The notes under the pieces are model-generated. The model saw nothing but the letters and a program-made list of their open reading frames with translations, was not told the origin of the DNA and ran no database searches. Position numbers and translations under genes: made by a program. This document shows, one piece after another, positions 1 to 8,377 of a DNA stretch of 32,000 nt. This DNA is from Candidatus Jordarchaeales archaeon (lineage in GTDB: Archaea > Asgardarchaeota > Jordiarchaeia > Jordiarchaeales > Freyrarchaeaceae): contig JAWCFL010000005.1 of assembly GCA_038858525.1 (NCBI GenBank), positions 1-32,000 on the forward strand, written 5' to 3'. Every line of letters starts with the position of its first letter. The first letter of the stretch is position 1.

Positions 1-83
1 AGGCTCGGGGAGACACCACCCCAGAAAACCCATAAAGAAAAGGAAAAGATGAAAAAACACGAATACCACAACGGTGGTCCTTC

Positions 84-854
84 TTGAATAAATGTAAGCT
101 ACTTCTTTATCCCTCTTTAGACGAGGCTATTCGCGTAGTCGACGAGGCTATGAAGAAAGGATTTTTACTGTTACTTGTTGGGTTATGCAGAGTTGATTAT
201 AGAGGTCGGGCAAGCTCTTCCCTAGACTGGGGAGAAAGACTAGTGATAATTAAGAGAGATGGTAGTATCCTCGTTCACAGAGCATGGGACGCTCAACCAG
301 TGAACTGGCAGCCTTCCGGCTCTGTTTTGCAGCCGTTAATCCAGGGGAGAAGCTTGACCATTAGGGGTGTCAGGCTTAAGCCTAGGGAATCCCTAGAAAT
401 CGAGTTTGAAAAAGTGTTCAGCATTCTCACTATAGATTTGATTGATGAGGCGGAGTTCGCCATGCATGCAAGTGAGAAAGACATGCAGAGAGCGGTTATG
501 GCTAACCCTGAGCTCATTGAGGAAGGTTTAAAGCCAGTAATAAAAGAGAAAGAAGTTGAGCCTGGATTCATAGACGTTTATGCTATCGATAAAGAAGGAA
601 ACATCGTGGTTGTTGAGCTTAAAAGAAGGACGGCTACCAGCGAGGATGTACTCCAGCTTTTAAGTTATGTAGGGGAAGTTAAAAAGCGTAGTGGTGGACG
701 CGGTGTAAGAGGCATCTTAGCAGCCCCCTCAGCTTCTAGAAAAGCTCTACTTCTTTTAGAGAAGCACGGGCTAGAGTTCAGGACGCTTACTCCCCAGAAA
801 TGCGCCGAGTTCGTCAGAGCTTCCTCCTCAAAGAGAATTACTGATTTCTTTTAG
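84..854 (+). CDS. nucS: Endonuclease NucS/EndoMS (mismatch-specific endonuclease)
   Basis: YRGRASSSL, GERLVIIKRDGSILVH and PVNWQP N-terminal motifs; PD-(D/E)xK core (GFIDVYA...VVELKRR); C-terminal PIP-like KRITDFF; TTG start after GGTGG SD. Confidence 0.95.
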   Translation: MNKCKLLLYPSLDEAIRVVDEAMKKGFLLLLVGLCRVDYRGRASSSLDWGERLVIIKRDGSILVHRAWDAQPVNWQPSGSVLQPLIQGRSLTIRGVRLKPRESLEIEFEKVFSILTIDLIDEAEFAMHASEKDMQRAVMANPELIEEGLKPVIKEKEVEPGFIDVYAIDKEGNIVVVELKRRTATSEDVLQLLSYVGEVKKRSGGRGVRGILAAPSASRKALLLLEKHGLEFRTLTPQKCAEFVRASSSKRITDFF

Positions 855-1410
855 TGTAAAGAGACCTTCCATGGGAATCTATGGCGACAACTAGGGGACC
901 GAAGGATTTAACTTCAAAAATCCATAAGGCCTCCGGCATACCCAAATCCATCCACTCGACTCCAACAATACCCTTAATTTTTGAAGCCGCTAAAATGCCG
1001 GCTCCACCAGGAAAGGCCGCATAGACTGCTCCGTGATGTTTCATAGCGTCAATAGTCGCGCTCCCCATTCCTCCCTTACCAATAATCATTCTGACCCCGA
1101 GACGACTGATAATAAGTGGTTCGTACTCTTCCATTCTGAGGCTCGTAGTAGGGCCTGCAGAAACGACCTCCATTTTTTCTTCATCAAATTTAATTATGGG
1201 TCCACAATGATATATGACGCCTCCCCTCAAATCTACTGGGATAGGCTTACCAGCCTTAATATACTCCACCATTCTCTTATGGGCTGCATCTCTAGCTGTA
1301 ATCACAACTCCTGAAAGAAACACTATATCCCCAATTTTCAGCGACCTGACATCCTCCTCGAGTAAGGGCGTCCTCAGTTCTTTACCCAATTTTTCTTTTC
1401 CAGTTTTCAT
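838..1410 (-). CDS. Fe-S hydro-lyase beta subunit, class I fumarate hydratase / L-tartrate dehydratase family
   Basis: TARDAAHKR, IYHCGP, SAGPTTSLRME, MIIGKGGM, DLGMPEALW, VAIDSHG motifs; 4-nt overlap with the alpha subunit gene. Confidence 0.9.
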   Translation of the reverse strand: MKTGKEKLGKELRTPLLEEDVRSLKIGDIVFLSGVVITARDAAHKRMVEYIKAGKPIPVDLRGGVIYHCGPIIKFDEEKMEVVSAGPTTSLRMEEYEPLIISRLGVRMIIGKGGMGSATIDAMKHHGAVYAAFPGGAGILAASKIKGIVGVEWMDLGMPEALWIFEVKSFGPLVVAIDSHGRSLYTKRNQ

Positions 1411-2267
1411 TCAAACCACCATTTCCCTTCGGGATCGATCTTAACCTTCGCTCTCCTTACAACGTAACAGTTAAACAGGACAGCTACCGGGTATGATGCA
1501 GGATGACGGTGTGCGACCTCAATGTTTACCCCTATCGCTGTAGTTCTTCCCCCAAGTCCCATGGGCCCTATCCCCGTCTTGTTAACCTCTTCAAGTATTT
1601 CGTTCTCCAGTTGTGCTACTCTCGAGTCGCTATTCCTTTCCGTTATTGGGCGCATGAGCGCCATCTTAGCTAGCATCATAGCGATGTACGCTCCTCCACC
1701 CACGCCAATGCCCAAAACCACTGGAGGACACGGTCCTCCTCCAGCCATTAGCACCGACTTTAGGACGCACGATTTAACTTCATTTAATCCATCACCTACT
1801 GGAAGAAACGTTAGCACACTTGCATTATCAGCTCCCCCACCTTTAGGAAAAACTGTTATTTCAACGTAGTCGTTATCGCTCGGCTCGACCTCGATCCACG
1901 GCACGTTGACGCCAACGTTATTGCCGCTATTCTCGCCAGTTATAGAGTCGACAGCATTGGGCCTTAAAGGCACTTCACGCGTTGCCTTAATGGTAGCCCC
2001 TAGTATAGCTCTCCTGATTCGATTAGCATCAGCGGCTCGTGGTAAACGTACATGAAAATAGAGCATGCCTGTATCTTGGCATACCGGCAACTTTTTCTCC
2101 TCTGCTAACCTTATGTTTTCTATCATGGCTTCGAGCTGCATTTTAGCTACCTCATCGTGCTCCTTTTTCAGCGCTTCTTTTAAAGCGGACTTAACGTCGG
2201 GTGGCACTGTGGAAACCGCTTTTCTAATCCCCTCGATTATTACTTTTTCAAGTTTTTCCTCGTCCAA
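1407..2267 (-). CDS. Fe-S hydro-lyase alpha subunit, class I fumarate hydratase / L-tartrate dehydratase family
   Basis: PVCQDTG, LRPNAVD, PKGGG, GPCPP, GIGPMGLGG, HRHPAS motifs; TTG start after GGTGA SD; substrate not resolvable by eye. Confidence 0.9.
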   Translation of the reverse strand: MDEEKLEKVIIEGIRKAVSTVPPDVKSALKEALKKEHDEVAKMQLEAMIENIRLAEEKKLPVCQDTGMLYFHVRLPRAADANRIRRAILGATIKATREVPLRPNAVDSITGENSGNNVGVNVPWIEVEPSDNDYVEITVFPKGGGADNASVLTFLPVGDGLNEVKSCVLKSVLMAGGGPCPPVVLGIGVGGGAYIAMMLAKMALMRPITERNSDSRVAQLENEILEEVNKTGIGPMGLGGRTTAIGVNIEVAHRHPASYPVAVLFNCYVVRRAKVKIDPEGKWWFE

Positions 2268-2372
2268 TTTATGTCACCGTGAGCGTTGTTCACTCTTGAA
2301 GGTGTTAGTGAACCTTAAAAGAGTATTTGAAGTATTGATTTCACAGGGTATTTTTCACGTGGAGGGCTTCCT

Positions 2373-4058
2373 TTGAGTCTGGAGGAAAAAGTGGACCTAG
2401 TAGTCAAGAGAACTGGCGTTTCGAGAAAGGAGTTGCAGCAACTTATAGAGAAGAAAAAGAAAGAGATGGGTGGCTTAATTAGTGATGAAGGAGCCTTACA
2501 TCTCGTTGCAAGAGATCTTGGAGTAGCGTTTTCAGAAATAGACGAGTATAAGCCTGTTAAAGTTTATGTAAAGGATTTAAGGCCGGAAATGCGGAGCGTC
2601 ACCATCACGGGAAGAGTAAACAGAATTTACCCTGTAAGGGAGTTTGAGAAAAGGGGGGTTAAAGGCAAGATCGCTAGCATGATCGTGAGTGACCTGACGG
2701 GAGATATCAGGGTAGTACTATGGGGAGATCACGTTGATCTCGTGGAGAAAGAGAAGATAAGAGAAGGCATGATAATACGCGTTATTAAGGGATATATTAA
2801 GGAAGGATTAAAGGGGGAACTTGAGGTTCATGTAGGTAAAGGAGGAAGCTTAGAGATTGAACCAGAGGGCATCGATGACAAAGAGTATCCGGTAATTGAA
2901 AAAAGATTGGTTAAGCTTGGCGACCTTGTGCCCGAAATGCAGGATGTAGACGTAGAAGCAACCATACAGAAGATCTACCCGACAACTATTTTTAGTAGAG
3001 AGTCAGGGGAAGGAAAGAGAAAATCAGTAATTCTCTCCGATGAAACAGGGAATGTGAGAGCGATTCTCTGGAATGAAAGTGCTGAGCTTGTAGAGGAAGC
3101 TAAAGAGGGCGACGTGCTGCGAATAGAGGGCGGCTACACGAAGCTAGGCCTTCAAGGCGACGTGGAACTTCACGTGGGAAAACTTGCGCGAATAACTCTC
3201 AAGCCAACCAAGGAACAAGATAAAAAAAGAACAGTAAAACTGAATGCTCTAGAGCTGGGAATGTCAGCGGTGGATGTGGAGGGTAGGGTCGTCGAAATTT
3301 CCAATGTCAAAGAGTTTGCTAGGAGTGATGGAACAACGGGCACACTAGCTTCTCTTGTTATCATGGATGAAACTGGAAGCGTCAGAGTGGTTGTATGGGA
3401 CGAGCAAGTCGAAAACGTGATCGACGCGGAACCGGGCGACATACTGAGAATTAAGGGAGGATATACTAAAACGGGAATGAAGGGTGAAGTAGAAGTTCAC
3501 GTGGGCCGTTTCTCAAAGATCGAGCTTATTTCTCCCGAAGAACAAATTCTTCAGGTAACTCCAAAAAGCACTCCTCCACGTAAATTTCTCTTTCAATTGG
3601 AGAACGATGAGTTCGTCGAAGTTAGAGGAACCATAAGGCGCCTTCTGCGTAAGAAAGTGGTTTATGAAACATGCCCCACTTGTAGTAGAAGATTAAACGG
3701 CAATGGATTATGTGTTATGTGCGGGAAAGTCGAACCAGTGTTATCTCTTACAGTCAACGCGTTAATTGACGATGGGACTGCCGTTGCAAAGGCTCTTTTC
3801 ACAGGAAGAGAAGCCGAAAAGCTTCTAAACATGAGGGCTAAGGAGGCGTTCGAAATTGCGAAGAAGGAGGGAGATGAAGCTGCTCCACTAAAAATGAGAG
3901 CATATGATATAGAAGGAAGAGAGCTGATTTTAATGGCTAAATCAGTCCTTAACCCTTCAACAGGGAAAATCACGCTTAAGGTCTACTCATTTAAGGAGGC
4001 GAATCCAAAAGATGAAGCCGAAAAACTTCTTTCAAGCATCGAATCAGTCAAACAATAA
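2373..4058 (+). CDS. rpa: Replication protein A (ssDNA-binding): N-terminal helical domain, three tandem OB folds, C-terminal OB fold with Zn finger
   Basis: Three repeated OB units (D.TG.VRVVLW...GD.LRI.GGY.K.G..G.VE.HVG); CPTC...CVMC Zn finger; N-terminal GGLISDEGALHLVA. Confidence 0.9.
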   Translation: MSLEEKVDLVVKRTGVSRKELQQLIEKKKKEMGGLISDEGALHLVARDLGVAFSEIDEYKPVKVYVKDLRPEMRSVTITGRVNRIYPVREFEKRGVKGKIASMIVSDLTGDIRVVLWGDHVDLVEKEKIREGMIIRVIKGYIKEGLKGELEVHVGKGGSLEIEPEGIDDKEYPVIEKRLVKLGDLVPEMQDVDVEATIQKIYPTTIFSRESGEGKRKSVILSDETGNVRAILWNESAELVEEAKEGDVLRIEGGYTKLGLQGDVELHVGKLARITLKPTKEQDKKRTVKLNALELGMSAVDVEGRVVEISNVKEFARSDGTTGTLASLVIMDETGSVRVVVWDEQVENVIDAEPGDILRIKGGYTKTGMKGEVEVHVGRFSKIELISPEEQILQVTPKSTPPRKFLFQLENDEFVEVRGTIRRLLRKKVVYETCPTCSRRLNGNGLCVMCGKVEPVLSLTVNALIDDGTAVAKALFTGREAEKLLNMRAKEAFEIAKKEGDEAAPLKMRAYDIEGRELILMAKSVLNPSTGKITLKVYSFKEANPKDEAEKLLSSIESVKQ

Positions 4059-4668
4059 AGAATCAGTCAAAACAGAAACGACTTGTCCATCTTGCGGTGG
4101 AAAAGCAATAATAACTCAGACAAGCGTCGATGTACCCTTCTTTCACGAAGTGCTACTAGTAACTGTTAAATGTGAAAAGTGCAATTTTAAGTTAAGTGAC
4201 GTGATAAATATGAAATTCGGTAAACCTATAAGGTTTACTTTTCAAGTAAAAAACCCACAAGACCTCACAGCTAAAGTCATTAGGTCCACAACAAGCACCA
4301 TAAGAATCCCGGAGCTTGGTGCGTTATTAGAGCCCGGTCCAGCGTCTCAACCATTCATAACAAACGTGGAAGGCGTCTTACACCGCTTTCTGGATGTTGC
4401 GCAAACACTTAAGAATTGGTCTACCACCCCCCAACAAACACAGAAATGCCAGCAAGCAATACAAAATATCCAAATGGCAATAGAAGGACAAATAAGCTTC
4501 ACTATTATCCTAGAAGACCCGTTTGGAAACGGAATGATAATTCCCCAAGACCAAGAAAAAATCACGATCGAGGAGCTGTCTGAAGAAGAGGCAAGCAAGT
4601 TAAAGACAGGACCCTACATCGTACTAAAACCCGAAAAAACGCGAGAAACCCCGCAACAGGAAGATTAA
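4012..4668 (+). CDS. ZPR1 zinc-finger domain protein (archaeal single-module type)
   Basis: CPSC...CEKC, VPFFHEV, IRIPELG..LEPGPAS..FITNVEGVL, ILEDPFGN; overlaps the RPA 3' end by 47 nt and has no later in-frame start before the Zn finger. Confidence 0.9.
   Translation: MKPKNFFQASNQSNNKESVKTETTCPSCGGKAIITQTSVDVPFFHEVLLVTVKCEKCNFKLSDVINMKFGKPIRFTFQVKNPQDLTAKVIRSTTSTIRIPELGALLEPGPASQPFITNVEGVLHRFLDVAQTLKNWSTTPQQTQKCQQAIQNIQMAIEGQISFTIILEDPFGNGMIIPQDQEKITIEELSEEEASKLKTGPYIVLKPEKTRETPQQED
4041..4071 (+). repeat. 12-bp direct repeat GAATCAGTCAAA (4041-4052 and 4060-4071), 19-bp period, at the RPA/ZPR1 junction
   Basis: Read directly from the sequence. Confidence 0.85.
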
Positions 4669-4883
4669 ACGCCACCAGCATAACTAGAAAACGCCCGGCT
4701 TAACCAGCTTCCCCCACCACTTAAGTATAATGCTAAAGCAACAATTATTACCACTAAAACCGCAATAGCAACCACAACATAGGGGCTAAACTTCACACCA
4801 ACACTTTCATCCTCAAAAAACCTTATGAGACCTGCACTTGTCGCAGGAAGAGGAGCTTCATCGCCGCGCTTCTTCTTGGACAA
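4665..4883 (-). CDS. secG: Preprotein translocase subunit Sec61-beta (SecG-like)
   Basis: P.TSAGLIRFFED motif followed by a single TM helix (SPYVVVAIAVLVVIIVALAL); TTG start with GGAGG-type SD. Confidence 0.9.
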   Translation of the reverse strand: MSKKKRGDEAPLPATSAGLIRFFEDESVGVKFSPYVVVAIAVLVVIIVALALYLSGGGSWLSRAFSSYAGGV

Positions 4884-5204
4884 AAACCAACCCCTCCGAA
4901 AATTAACTTGCTATATAACAGAACGTTAATGACTCGTTAAAATACTTTCGCCCTCACCCTCCTCATTTAGTGCTTTTTCTCTTAATGAGCAACTCTCCCA
5001 GCGGCATATAACTTGTTCACCTGAGCTACAACAGAAAAGAAAAATGCTTCTCATAAAATCGTTTGCATCAAACTTCTTCAAAACCAAGTAGGAAAAACCA
5101 TTAATTGTGCGGCAGGGTACGAGATCAAGAAAAACTTTTTAAAATAGTAGTGCGTTAGCAATCACAATAATTTAAGTAATTCTGACGATGAGTGGTGGCT
5201 GCTA

Positions 5205-5933
5205 ATGGGCAAGAGAATACTAGTTCAGAGAAGAGGAAGAGGTACTCCTACTTTTAGGGCACCGACCCACAAGCGTATAGGCGAAGTAAAGTATAGACTT
5301 ACGAGCGGTGATGTTGTTGTACGTGGTAAGATAGTTGCCTTACTTCATGAGCCGGGTCGGGGAGCCCCAGTTGCTAAGGTAAAGTTTGAAGACGGTTTGG
5401 AGCAAGTTATGCTTCCCCCAGAGGGGATCGCGGTAGGACAAGAGGTGGAGGTTGGTGCCGGCGCTTCATTAAAAGCTGGGAACGTTCTTCCTCTCGGAAG
5501 AATACCTGAGGGAACCCCTATTTACAACATAGAGGGTCTCCCCGGAGATGGAGGAAAGTTTGTGCGTTCCTCCGGAACATATGCCACCATTCTTTCTCAC
5601 ACTCCGGAGAAAACGCTCGTTCTTCTTCCATCAAAGAAAGTTAGAGCCTTTGACCCAAACTGTAGAGCAACAATAGGCATAGTTGCGGGTGGAGGACGCA
5701 TAGAGAAGCCCTTCGTCAAGGCTGGAAAGAAGTACTACTTGGCTAAAGCGAAAGGGTGGGTGTGGCCCAGAGTAAGAGGCGTAGCTATGAACCCTGTCTC
5801 TCACCCGCATGGTGGAGGAAGTCACCAGCACCCAGGACAGCCGACCACTGTATCTAGAAACGCTCCTCCTGGAGCAAAGGTAGGTTTAATAGCTGCGAAA
5901 AGCTCCGGACGTAAAAGAGGCAAGAAAAAGTAA
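5205..5933 (+). CDS. rpl2: 50S ribosomal protein uL2
   Basis: MGKRILVQRRGRG, HEPGRGAP, WPRVRGVAMNPVSHPHGGG, PPGAKVGLIAA. Confidence 0.98.
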   Translation: MGKRILVQRRGRGTPTFRAPTHKRIGEVKYRLTSGDVVVRGKIVALLHEPGRGAPVAKVKFEDGLEQVMLPPEGIAVGQEVEVGAGASLKAGNVLPLGRIPEGTPIYNIEGLPGDGGKFVRSSGTYATILSHTPEKTLVLLPSKKVRAFDPNCRATIGIVAGGGRIEKPFVKAGKKYYLAKAKGWVWPRVRGVAMNPVSHPHGGGSHQHPGQPTTVSRNAPPGAKVGLIAAKSSGRKRGKKK

Positions 5934-6025
5934 AGGAGGGAGATTACCTCTTCAATAACATGTCTTCCCTAATTCAAAGCTTCATGTTCATCATTTATTG
6001 ATTCAACTATTCGAGGGAGAAACGT

Positions 6026-7141
6026 ATGGGACATCGAAAGTATCATGCTCCGAAAAGAGGAAGTTTGGCATATCTGCCTAAAGGTAGGGCGAGCAGACCT
6101 GTTGCTCGCGTCAGAAACTGGCCCTTATACTCAGGACCAACCACGTTGTTAGGCATGCCCGGTTATAAGGCAGGAATGACTCATACCATAATAGTTGACA
6201 ATAGGAAAACTAGCCCGTATTATGGGAAAGAGCTAGCTCTTCCAGTAACTGTTCTAGACACTCCTCCACTTACTGTTTTCGCTGTTAGAGCATACGAGAA
6301 CACTCCTTACGGTTTGAGAACGCTGAGCGAGGTCTGGTCACCAAACTTATCAAAGGACTTAGCTAGAAGTATCTCATGCAGGAAACTTTTCGAGTACAGC
6401 GCAGAAGAAAGGCTGGAAAAGTTCAGGAAGAATCTTGACCGCCTATTAGCCTACATTGACCGTATTAGTGAAGTACGCGTTTTAGCTCACACTCAGCCTA
6501 GACTGGCGTCTGTTCCGAAGAAGAAGCCAGAAGTTTTAGAAATAAAAGTCGGAGGCGGTAATGGTCCCAAGGATCTTCTTCTTTACGCTTCCCGCTTCTT
6601 GGGGGAAGAACTTTACGGATACACAGTAGAGAAGCTTGGAGGAGACTTATCCAAGTTGGGTCAAGCAACTAGCACCATTAGCATTAGAGACGTGTTTAGT
6701 GAGGGCGATTACGTCGACGTCATCGCTGTGACAAAAGGGAAAGGATTCCAAGGCCCAGTTAAGCGTTGGGGAGTACGAATTCTGCAACACAAATCCAGAA
6801 AAACCAAGAGAGGTGTCGGAACTCTAGGCGCTTGGCACCCAAATCGTGTACCATACACGACGCCACGCGCTGGACAAATGGGATACCATCAGAGAACGGA
6901 GTATAACAAGTATATCCTAAAAATAGGGAACGTTAATAATGAAGGCGAGGACATAAATCCAAAAGGCGGATTCGTAAGTTACGGCCTAGTGAAAGGCGAC
7001 TATGTAATACTCCTTGGGAGTGTACCCGGGCCAGCTAAACGCTTGGTTTTCATGCGCTACCCCATAAGGCCGTCGCTGAAAAAGTTTGAAGAGGTGCCGA
7101 TGATCTCTTTCATAAGCACGGAATCTAAGCAGGGTGTGTAA
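6026..7141 (+). CDS. rpl3: 50S ribosomal protein uL3 (carries an insertion of about 22 aa)
   Basis: PKRGSLAY, GYKAGMTH, DVIAVTKGKGFQGPVKRWG, RAGQMGYHQRTEYNK. Confidence 0.98.
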   Translation: MGHRKYHAPKRGSLAYLPKGRASRPVARVRNWPLYSGPTTLLGMPGYKAGMTHTIIVDNRKTSPYYGKELALPVTVLDTPPLTVFAVRAYENTPYGLRTLSEVWSPNLSKDLARSISCRKLFEYSAEERLEKFRKNLDRLLAYIDRISEVRVLAHTQPRLASVPKKKPEVLEIKVGGGNGPKDLLLYASRFLGEELYGYTVEKLGGDLSKLGQATSTISIRDVFSEGDYVDVIAVTKGKGFQGPVKRWGVRILQHKSRKTKRGVGTLGAWHPNRVPYTTPRAGQMGYHQRTEYNKYILKIGNVNNEGEDINPKGGFVSYGLVKGDYVILLGSVPGPAKRLVFMRYPIRPSLKKFEEVPMISFISTESKQGV

Positions 7142-7143
7142 TC

Positions 7144-7962
7144 ATGAATGCGGGCAAAGTGAACCTTTACAACCTTAAGGGTGAAGCTATAAGAAAAATC
7201 TCTCTGCCAAGGGTCTTCCTCACACCTATTAGGCCGGACATCATAAAGCGCGCGGTTCTCTCCATCCTAAGCGTTAAACGTCAACCTTATGGTGTCGATC
7301 CCATGGCAGGAAAGCGGACAACAGCGGAATCGTGGGGTACCGGCCACGGGCTGGCTAGGGTTCCAAGAGTTAAAGGCCACCGCTACCCGGCTGCGGGGAG
7401 AGGCGCATTCGTCCCTATGGCTGTAGGCGGCAGAAGGGCTCATCCACCGAAATCCGAAAAAGTCTTCCTTGAAAGAATAAACAGAAAAGAAAAGAAGCTT
7501 GCTACCTGTTCAGCTATAGCAGCAACAGCGAAGCCAGAGCTCGTAAAGAGCAGAGGGCACCGCATCGATAGCATACCTGAAATACCATTAGTGGTCACGG
7601 ACGATATTCAAAAACTGAGAAGTGCTAAAGAGTTCAGAGAAGTACTAACCGCTCTTGGATTATGGAGTGACGTTTTGCGCGCTAAACGACGTATGGGTAA
7701 AGTACGCGCTGGAAAAGGAAAAATGAGAGGACGGAGAAGAAAAAAAGCACGTAGCGTCCTTGTAGTCGTTGAGAAAGATGAGGGAGTATTTAAAGCTGCC
7801 AGAAACTATCCCGGAGTCGACGTAGTCCTTGTTAGAAACCTTAACGCCGAGCTGCTAGCGCCTGGAGGACACCCGGGAAGGCTAACCCTTTGGTCCGAAT
7901 CCGCCCTAAAAAATCTAGATAAACTTTTCCCTGTCAGGGAAGGCCTCCTGCTAACTCAATAA
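7144..7962 (+). CDS. rpl4: 50S ribosomal protein uL4
   Basis: IRPDIIKRAV, AESWGTGHG.ARVPR, GGRRAHPP, RAGKGKMRGRR, LLAPGGHPGRLTLW. Confidence 0.98.
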   Translation: MNAGKVNLYNLKGEAIRKISLPRVFLTPIRPDIIKRAVLSILSVKRQPYGVDPMAGKRTTAESWGTGHGLARVPRVKGHRYPAAGRGAFVPMAVGGRRAHPPKSEKVFLERINRKEKKLATCSAIAATAKPELVKSRGHRIDSIPEIPLVVTDDIQKLRSAKEFREVLTALGLWSDVLRAKRRMGKVRAGKGKMRGRRRKKARSVLVVVEKDEGVFKAARNYPGVDVVLVRNLNAELLAPGGHPGRLTLWSESALKNLDKLFPVREGLLLTQ

Positions 7963-8377
7963 CTCGTTATTCCATCCCTTTTCTTTTTATCCCCTTAGTA
8001 GATTTTAAAGCAATGTTTTCATTTTAGATTAATCTAAGTTTTTCATTTGTTCCTTTTTTACTTTGAATAGCCTTTAGCTGCCTCTAAATGAATGAAGCGA
8101 GAGGTTCAAGTCTAACATTCGTCTTGCTGGTTGGTGTCGGAAGCCATCGAAGACGCAACCGACAAAGGAAGGGAAGAAATGAAAACCTGTAAATTCTATA
8201 TATTAAGTATTAAGTATCAATCCGTCTCCTATATGTAGCAGTTCTCTTCTGGAATCTAACGAAAGAACAAAAAATGTTAGGCGCAACCAGTTTTTTGACA
8301 TTTAGATTCTTCTATGTTTGTCTTGTAACTTTTTTATATGTTTTATTGGAAAGAAGAATTTGTGGGGGGTGAAGTTT

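Noticed and set aside
5155-5207. rpl2 leader hairpin (TTAGCA/TGCTAA) with a CTGA-CGATGA K-loop-like motif
   Set aside because: The probable TSS, about 25 bp after the TATA box near 5136-5143, would exclude the 5' arm; the evidence is too weak
8098-8120. tRNA T-arm-like GGTTCAAGTC; also GGTTCGAGACC near 28772
   Set aside because: No 5-bp T stem, acceptor stem or anticodon arm; the second lies inside SRP helix 5
7963-8377. Hidden uL23 gene or structured RNA after rpl4
   Set aside because: No suitable ORF; only short competing pairings (CGTCTT/AAGACG, TGTCGG/CCGACA) with no recognisable family
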